A model generated the notes under the pieces. That model did no database searches. It had not been told where the DNA came from and saw nothing but the letters and a program-made list of their open reading frames with translations. A stretch of 64,000 nt of DNA from Candidatus Magasanikiibacteriota bacterium (lineage in GTDB: Bacteria; Patescibacteriota; Patescibacteriia; Magasanikbacterales; UBA922), in assembly GCA_018650645.1 (NCBI GenBank), contig JABIFP010000025.1, forward strand, positions 7,976 through 71,975, written 5' to 3'. Made by a program: the position numbers and the translations under genes. Below are positions 57,900-64,000 of the stretch, one piece after another. Position 1 is the stretch's first letter, and each line of letters opens with the position of its first letter.

Positions 57900-60794
57900 T
57901 TACTTTGTGACACTAATGTGCAATCTTTCTCCATTCAATACTTCTTCTTCAGCATCTGCGTCACCAAGCGTAATACTGTCTGCTAATACCGCAGAGGCAA
58001 AAGCATCTTTATATGTATCTACAACCTCTTGCACCATTGCGCTTTCCGTTTGCACCGTCACGTGCACACGCGCGTCTCTTGTTAATCCCTGCGCTTTTCT
58101 TTTTCCATTCACACTTCTAATTAACTCCCGGAGTAGTCCCTCTTTTTTCAATTCTTCAGTCATAGTAAGGTCGAGAGCAACATGCATATCAACTTCTTCG
58201 CGGATTTCCCAACCTGATTGCAATTCAGTAGCATGCGCTACTTTTTTTACATTTAACTCCTCAGCAATAATCGATTCGTAGGCAGTATCAAGCGCTTCCC
58301 CTGTGTATACAAATTGCCCAAGCGGCTGACGCACTTTTACTTTTGCATCTTTTCTTAATGACAATCCATACTCAACCATTTTTCTAACACGAGTCATCTG
58401 CAGTAATGCCGCAGAATCGACTTTTGGCATTTCGTTAGGCCAACGTTCCAAATGGACGCTTTCCGCTTCATCTTCGGCATGCACTTTCTGCCATACTTGC
58501 TCAGCAATAAAGGGTGTGAATGGCGCCATGAGTACGGCAAGTCGTTTCAATACTGTTTCAAGTGTCCCTAAACATGCTGCAGCATCTGCTTTATCACTTC
58601 CCTTCATGCGGTCTCTACTTCTTCGCACATACCACTGAGAAAGATCTAAAATGAAATCCATAATTGGCCGACTCGCTTCCGCCAAGCGGTACGCATCCAT
58701 CTCTGTTGTTACAGTAACCGTAAGCTCATCAAGTCGCGTAATAATCCATGCATCTAACACATGCGTAGAATCTGCTGCCGGAGTAATCTCTCCTGCAAAC
58801 AGTTCATAAAACACAACAACATTGGAAAGTGTATTCACTACTTTGTTAAATACTTCTCGTACTCCAACCTCAGAAAAACTCAAGTTTTCTGCAGAAACAA
58901 TCGGAGAAGACATCAAATAATAACGCAGTGCATCTGCTCCATATTTTTCTAGTACTCCCATTGGGTCTGGATAGTTTCGCAATTTTTTACTCATCTTTTT
59001 TCCATCTTCCGCCAAAGCAATACCGTTAACAATCACGTTTTCATATGCCGGCGTTCCTTTGATGGCCGTAGAAAGGACATGCAAGTAGTAAAACCACGCA
59101 CGTGTTTGATCATCTCCCTCTGCAATAAACTTAGCCGGAAATCCAGCTTCAAATTTTTCTTCATTTTCAAATGGATAATGCACCTGTGCATATGGCATGG
59201 ATCCAGAATCGAACCAAGTATCCAATACATCTGGAATACGTTTCATTTCTCCACCACAATCACATGCAAATACTACCTCATCTACAATATGTTTATGCAA
59301 GTCATCCACTTTTACTCCAGAAGCTGCTTCAAGCTCTGCAATAGATCCCATGACTTTACGTTCACACTTTTCAGGATTCTCTGTGCACTCCCAAACAGGC
59401 ATCACAGATGCCCAAAATCGCTGTCTTGAAATTGACCAGTCGCGTGCACCTGCTAACCAATTACCAAACCGTCCTTCTTTCATGTGTGAAGGAGACCAAT
59501 TGATTTTTTTTGCTTGTTCTAACGCATCTGCTTTTACTTTCGTCACCGCAACAAACCAACTACTCGTTGCGTAGTTTATAAGTGGCGTATCACAACGCCA
59601 ACAATGCGGATAACTATGTTCGTATTTCTTTTTGCTAAATAATTTTCCGTTATGTGCTAGCCATTTAATGATTTCAATATCCGTTTTCATGTGATCATCT
59701 TGCGGCTTCACATGCATGCCAGCAAAATCCGTTACATCATCTGTAAATCTTCCATTCATTTTTACATGCTGAATAAATGGCACGTTTTCTTGTTTGAAAA
59801 CTTCGTAATCATCCGTTCCAAATGCCGGTGCAAGATGTACCAGTCCAGTTCCGTCTTCTGTAGTGACAAAATCAGCTGTCACCACGCGAAATGAATTTTC
59901 TGAGTCTGCAAAATATGGGAACAGTGGTTCATACACCATACCAACCAAATCTGATCCGCTCGCATGCCCCATAACTTCAAATTCTTTTCCTTCAAAATTT
60001 TTCATTACCAAATCTTTGGCAACAATATAATGTGCATCTTCTAATTTCACCACCGCATATTCAACATCTGCCCCAACGGCTATGAGCACATTCCCCGGAA
60101 GCGTCCACGGTGTCGTTGTCCACGCTAAAAAGTAAATATCACCCTCAATATCTTGCAGTGCTTCTTTTTTATCAACCACTTTAAACTGCGCCGTTACAGA
60201 TAAATCTTTTACATCTTTATATCCTTCAGAAACTTCCTGCTGAGAAAGCGTGGTCTCACACCGCGGACAGATATGCATTGGCTTATAGCCTTTGTAAATC
60301 AAATCTTTTTCCCAAAGCTGCTTAAACACCCACCAAATCGATTCCATATATGGTGTATCCATGGTTCGGTAAGCGTTTTTCATATCCACCCAACGCCCAA
60401 GTCGAGTTACGACTTTTTCCCAATCATCAACATAACTCAAAATTTTTGTTCGGCACTTTTCATTAAAAACATCCACACCAAGTTCTTCAATTTCTTGTTT
60501 ACTTTTTGTGCCGAGTTCTTTTTCTACAATATTTTCAATTGGTAATCCGTGACAATCCCAACCCCAAACACGTTCAACTCTGTGTCCTTTCATTGTTTGG
60601 TATCTTGGCACCACATCTTTCATCACAGACCCAACAATGTGGCCATAATGTGGCAATCCTGTCGCAAACGGTGGCCCATCATAAAAAACATACGGTTTAT
60701 CTGCTGGCCGCTCACTTACTGATCTATTAAATACATCTTTGTCCTTCCAATATTTTAGGACATCGAGTTCATGTTCTTGAGGATTGTATGGCAT
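57900..60794 (-). CDS. valS: valine--tRNA ligase
   Basis: HIGH-region PFATGLPHYGH, KMSKKLRN, an editing domain and a C-terminal coiled coil. Probable start MPYNPQEHE at 60794; the track ORF extends to 60899 through the leader. Confidence 0.95.
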   Translation of the reverse strand: MPYNPQEHELDVLKYWKDKDVFNRSVSERPADKPYVFYDGPPFATGLPHYGHIVGSVMKDVVPRYQTMKGHRVERVWGWDCHGLPIENIVEKELGTKSKQEIEELGVDVFNEKCRTKILSYVDDWEKVVTRLGRWVDMKNAYRTMDTPYMESIWWVFKQLWEKDLIYKGYKPMHICPRCETTLSQQEVSEGYKDVKDLSVTAQFKVVDKKEALQDIEGDIYFLAWTTTPWTLPGNVLIAVGADVEYAVVKLEDAHYIVAKDLVMKNFEGKEFEVMGHASGSDLVGMVYEPLFPYFADSENSFRVVTADFVTTEDGTGLVHLAPAFGTDDYEVFKQENVPFIQHVKMNGRFTDDVTDFAGMHVKPQDDHMKTDIEIIKWLAHNGKLFSKKKYEHSYPHCWRCDTPLINYATSSWFVAVTKVKADALEQAKKINWSPSHMKEGRFGNWLAGARDWSISRQRFWASVMPVWECTENPEKCERKVMGSIAELEAASGVKVDDLHKHIVDEVVFACDCGGEMKRIPDVLDTWFDSGSMPYAQVHYPFENEEKFEAGFPAKFIAEGDDQTRAWFYYLHVLSTAIKGTPAYENVIVNGIALAEDGKKMSKKLRNYPDPMGVLEKYGADALRYYLMSSPIVSAENLSFSEVGVREVFNKVVNTLSNVVVFYELFAGEITPAADSTHVLDAWIITRLDELTVTVTTEMDAYRLAEASRPIMDFILDLSQWYVRRSRDRMKGSDKADAAACLGTLETVLKRLAVLMAPFTPFIAEQVWQKVHAEDEAESVHLERWPNEMPKVDSAALLQMTRVRKMVEYGLSLRKDAKVKVRQPLGQFVYTGEALDTAYESIIAEELNVKKVAHATELQSGWEIREEVDMHVALDLTMTEELKKEGLLRELIRSVNGKRKAQGLTRDARVHVTVQTESAMVQEVVDTYKDAFASAVLADSITLGDADAEEEVLNGERLHISVTK

Positions 60795-61000
60795 AGGAAA
60801 AATAAAAAAAACACCTGTAAAATGAGGACTCCATTGGAGCGGTACCACCTCAATTCCACACGTGTGGCGCTTGATTACAGCTGTACTGGGCTTACCCATG
60901 GGATTCTACTTGGCTGTTTGCCGTTCTTTCCCTTGCGCATCGATTCGATTCCCGGTTGATTGCCGGTATGGCGCTTGTTTTTATTGTGGATTTACTATAG
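60795..61000 (-). promoter_or_regulatory. putative T-box riboswitch leader of valS
   Basis: The minus strand reads AATTGAGGTGGTACCGCT, ~45 nt upstream of the start (T-box consensus AATTAGGGTGGNACCGCG). Downstream is ...ACAGGTGTTTTTTTT. Upstream is a TTGACT-N16-TATAGT promoter. Confidence 0.5.
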
Positions 61001-61054
61001 CAGATGCAAGTTATTAGTCAAGAACAAACACCTCTATATATAGTATGTATTAAA

Positions 61055-61098
61055 AAAGGCGCCGCCGGGTGATCCCCGGTCGACGCCATGTTCTTGGT
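61055..61098 (-). terminator. GC-rich rho-independent terminator for the minus-strand island gene
   Basis: Minus strand: ggcgtcgaccgggg atcac cccggcggcgcc then ttttttaat. Confidence 0.5.
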
Positions 61099-61111
61099 TC
61101 CCCCCGAATGG

Positions 61112-61888
61112 TCAGCTCAGATGACCTGCTTGCTGAAGCAGCGTCACTAGAGCCTTGGGATCCACGGCAAGCTTGGCAAGCTCGCTCTCTGCGCGAAGCC
61201 GCTGCACTTGTAGCTCACCAGCCTCAATAGCGGTGGCGAGCGCCTCTTTCCTGGCATGCGAGAGGGCCTTCTCCGCCTGACGCTCCCCTTCCGTCCGCTT
61301 CATGGACTGCAGTTCATCATAGGCGCGACCACACTCAGCCTGAGCAGCCTCATACGCGGTGACAGCGCTCTGAAGAGTACGCTGGAGCTGACGCACCTCA
61401 CCAGCGTGAATCTCCACACCCGCCTGATGAGCCAATAGAAGTTGTTCAGCCTCAGCCATCGGTGTCATGCCGCCGACGAGTAGTCCGCTGACCATGCCGA
61501 TCTCACTCTCGACCTGCGCTCGCTCTGTTTGGTGCCCGCGTAGGTTCTTCTTCGCCACCGCCAGCTCGTACCCGTCCCCCACAACGGCGGCCAGCCTGTC
61601 GCGAAGCGCTGATGGCTTCATCCCTTTCAGCGATAGCTTGAGCTCCGTTCGCGTGGAGTTGTTGCCCGGCTGCACCGTGACCGTCACGCCGCTCGAGTCG
61701 ATATCCCCGATCTTGGCGTTCTGGAGACCCTTGGTGTGTCCCGTACCTCTCGGCATCCCGCTCGTAAGCTTCACCGATAGCTCCCCTGCGAGCTGAGCAA
61801 GCTCGGCCCACTCGCGAAGAATCCTCTCCAAGAGCCTCTTGAGCTTTGAGTCGGGATCATGCCCCTTAAACTCAATTTGCAAACTCAT
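61112..61888 (-). CDS. hypothetical coiled-coil protein, GC-rich island
   Basis: A 258-aa ORF, ~62% GC, whose C-terminal half is Ala/Glu/Gln-rich heptad-like sequence. No recognisable domain. Confidence 0.5.
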   Translation of the reverse strand: MSLQIEFKGHDPDSKLKRLLERILREWAELAQLAGELSVKLTSGMPRGTGHTKGLQNAKIGDIDSSGVTVTVQPGNNSTRTELKLSLKGMKPSALRDRLAAVVGDGYELAVAKKNLRGHQTERAQVESEIGMVSGLLVGGMTPMAEAEQLLLAHQAGVEIHAGEVRQLQRTLQSAVTAYEAAQAECGRAYDELQSMKRTEGERQAEKALSHARKEALATAIEAGELQVQRLRAESELAKLAVDPKALVTLLQQAGHLS

Positions 61889-62021
61889 CCTTTACTCTAC
61901 TTTCAACCACGGTAGTAAAGATGTGGTCCCTCACTAATACCACTTTTATTACCAAATAGTCAAGCCTCCTTGCCCCTCCGCGCCTACCTGCTATAATGGC
62001 TACACATATATAAAAGACTCT

Positions 62022-62492
62022 ATGACAACACAGCAACTGTTTATCGCGTCAGATCACGGCGGGTATCAACTTAAAAAGCGCCTCATTCGCTATATTGAAA
62101 ATGAACTCAAACTCAGCATTACAGACATGGGGCCAAAAGAATATGATGAAACGGATGATTACCCTGACTACGTCATTCCGCTAACAAAAAAAGTGTTAGA
62201 AACAAAAGGGCGCGGTATTGTTATTTGTAAAAATGGGATTGGCGTCTGTATTGATGCCAATAAAGTTGCTGGTATTCGTTGTGGTATCGGCTACAACTTA
62301 ATGGCTGCAGAAACTATGATGAAGGATGACAACACCAATGTCCTTGCTCTTGCGGCAAAAACACTCAGTGACGATCACGCAATGGCCGTAACCGAAAAAT
62401 GGCTAGAGACAAAATTTTCTGAAGCAAAGCGGCATGAACGCAGACTTAAAAAAATCGCGGCAATTGAATGTGATAACACTGATAAGCTATGA
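62022..62492 (+). CDS. rpiB: ribose-5-phosphate isomerase B
   Basis: LFIASDHGGYQLK, GIVICKNGIGVCI and RpiB/LacAB family length. Confidence 0.9.
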   Translation: MTTQQLFIASDHGGYQLKKRLIRYIENELKLSITDMGPKEYDETDDYPDYVIPLTKKVLETKGRGIVICKNGIGVCIDANKVAGIRCGIGYNLMAAETMMKDDNTNVLALAAKTLSDDHAMAVTEKWLETKFSEAKRHERRLKKIAAIECDNTDKL

Positions 62493-63133
62493 TTCGTATT
62501 ATTCCATCAGTACTCGTACATTCTGCTGAAGAATTTGATGCGCAAGTACAAACAATGAAAGAAGTGACAAATTTTGTCCAAATCGATATTGCTGACGGCG
62601 AATTTGTAGAAGGTAAAACGTGGATTGATGCTGCGTATGTTGCTGCAAATATGCCAATCGATTTTGAACTGCACATGATGGTGGCAAACCCACTAGAAGT
62701 AGCAGAGCAATGGAAAAACCAAGCACACCTCAAGCGATTTATTGTGCATTACGAATCACTCAAGAACCCAACCGAAGAATTAACAGCGCTCAAAGCACAT
62801 GGCAAAGAAGTGGCGCTCTGCATTAACCCAGAAACGCCCATTGCCGTAGTCAGCGATGTGGTTACTCTTATAGATGGGCTGCAGCTGATGAGTGTGCACC
62901 CAGGAAAACAAGGGCAAGCCTTTATTACGGATACAATTGATCGCGCGCACGCCCTGCATCAGCAATTTCCAGAACTTGAACTTGCTGCAGACGGGCATAT
63001 TAATGCAGAAACTATTCCCCCACTCGCAGCAGCTGGGGTAACTCGATTTGGCCCAGGTAGCGCTATTTGGAAAGGTGCGCCAAAAGATAATTATGAAGCG
63101 CTTGTGGCACTTACCCACACGTTGCCGCAATAG
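62489..63133 (+). CDS. rpe: ribulose-phosphate 3-epimerase
   Basis: Full-length Rpe-like TIM-barrel profile; it overlaps the rpiB stop (ATGA). Confidence 0.85.
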   Translation: MIRIIPSVLVHSAEEFDAQVQTMKEVTNFVQIDIADGEFVEGKTWIDAAYVAANMPIDFELHMMVANPLEVAEQWKNQAHLKRFIVHYESLKNPTEELTALKAHGKEVALCINPETPIAVVSDVVTLIDGLQLMSVHPGKQGQAFITDTIDRAHALHQQFPELELAADGHINAETIPPLAAAGVTRFGPGSAIWKGAPKDNYEALVALTHTLPQ

Positions 63134-63174
63134 TGCATCACTGTTATAGTGCAATCACATTAACCAATATTTAT

Positions 63175-64000
63175 ATGGATGAACAATGTTACGACGTAGT
63201 CATCATTGGAGCAGCTGCGGCTGGTTCTGCAGCAGGCGTATACTGTGCAAGAAGAAATCTGAACACGATTATTGTCAGCATGGACATTGGAGGAGAGGTT
63301 GCCCTCTCTGGTGAAGTAGAAAACTGGCCAGGAATTATCAACATTACTGGATTTGAGTTGGCGCAAAATTTCAATAAACATGTACTCAGTTACAATGTGC
63401 CAATTGATCAAGGATTTAAAGTAGAAGCAATCAAGCAAGAAAAAAATTACCATATTGTTGAAGCAAAAAATCTTTCAGGAGAAGAAAGATCGTATAAAAC
63501 AAAAGCAGTTATTATTGCGAGCGGTATCCACCCAAGAGAACTCGGATTACCTGGAGAAAAAGAACTCAAAGGACGCGGTGTCACCTATTGTACCGTTTGT
63601 GACGGACCCCTTTTTAAAGGAAAAACAACCATTACCATTGGAGCGGGTAGTGCAGCGCTAGAATCAGCACTCATGATGGGAGAGATTGCAGAAAAAGTGT
63701 ACTTAGTCACTAAATATGGACCAGAAGATGGCAAAGACGGCTTTCCAAAAGGTGAAGATGTCCTTATTGAGAAAGTAAAAGCAAATGCCAAAATTGAAAT
63801 CATCCATAATGCTATCACCACAAAGATTAATGGTGAACAAAAGGTTGCTGGTATTACGTATAAAGATAAAAAAACAGATGCAGAAAGCACTATTGAAGCC
63901 GATGGAGTGATGGTACACATTGGTGCCATTCCAAATTCTGACTATATTGAGTGCGCAAGCAAAAATGCAGCAGGAGAAGTTGAGGTTGATATGCTCTGCA
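63175..64000 (+). CDS. trxB: thioredoxin-disulfide reductase, partial (3' end beyond the window)
   Basis: Hand translation: MDEQCYDVVIIGAAAAGSAAGVYCARRNL...CTVCDGP...GAGSAALE. FAD and NADPH Rossmann motifs and a CxxC redox centre. Not in the ORF track because there is no in-window stop. Confidence 0.85.
   Translation, partial: MDEQCYDVVIIGAAAAGSAAGVYCARRNLNTIIVSMDIGGEVALSGEVENWPGIINITGFELAQNFNKHVLSYNVPIDQGFKVEAIKQEKNYHIVEAKNLSGEERSYKTKAVIIASGIHPRELGLPGEKELKGRGVTYCTVCDGPLFKGKTTITIGAGSAALESALMMGEIAEKVYLVTKYGPEDGKDGFPKGEDVLIEKVKANAKIEIIHNAITTKINGEQKVAGITYKDKKTDAESTIEADGVMVHIGAIPNSDYIECASKNAAGEVEVDMLC

Overview
This is a 64 kb window from a low-GC (~40%) bacterial chromosome. It looks like a reduced-genome, CPR/Patescibacteria-like lineage: ribosomal and secretion proteins carry A/E/K/P-rich low-complexity extensions, native genes have no Shine-Dalgarno sites, and a giant pilin-like protein sits inside a type IV pilus operon. 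That lineage call is inference from sequence alone.

Native content, in order:
- a partial family-5 ABC substrate-binding protein gene running off the left edge, then secG and rpmE-prfA;
- a minus-strand signalling cluster: a MazG-like protein, a single-domain response regulator, a Zn-ribbon protein, a CHASE sensor, a Cache-HAMP sensor and a multi-domain histidine kinase;
- prmC, NDH-2 and a YceI-like lipoprotein;
- a pentose-phosphate cluster: transaldolase, glutaredoxin, pgi, gnd, zwf, pgl and a HAD hydrolase;
- a type IV pilus operon: a PilH-like receiver, pilB, pilC, three pilin-like genes and a 977-aa pilin-anchored repeat protein;
- a DUF3048 lipoprotein, rplY, rodA, a HIT-family protein, a GNAT acetyltransferase, gyrB and a TrmB-like regulator;
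- chorismate mutase, secE-nusG-rplK, ldh, a DUF333+Kazal lipoprotein, rplA and rpsA;
- an MBL-fold hydrolase, gyrA, ruvA, pepA, an AAA_28 P-loop protein, valS with a putative T-box leader, rpiB-rpe and the 5' part of trxB.

The most striking signal is compositional. At least eight short islands of ~55-62% GC are inserted between native genes. Every gene inside them has a strong AGGAGG-type ribosome-binding site, while native genes have none. Several islands carry their own GC-rich terminators. One is flanked by ~18-nt direct repeats, and another by inverted copies of a 38-nt terminator hairpin. The islands encode an XRE-HTH protein, a secreted FGE-sulfatase-domain protein, a PP2C phosphatase, lipoproteins and coiled-coil hypothetical proteins. 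They look like recent foreign DNA, or an assembly or construct artefact; this needs checking.

Other notable points are the pilin-anchored 7-blade propeller protein with Asp-box modules, two paralogous output-less membrane sensors sharing a conserved C-terminal tail, and the rplK-rplA pair being split by inserted genes. No rRNA, tRNA or CRISPR array was found. The genetic code looks standard, since TAA, TAG and TGA all terminate long genes.
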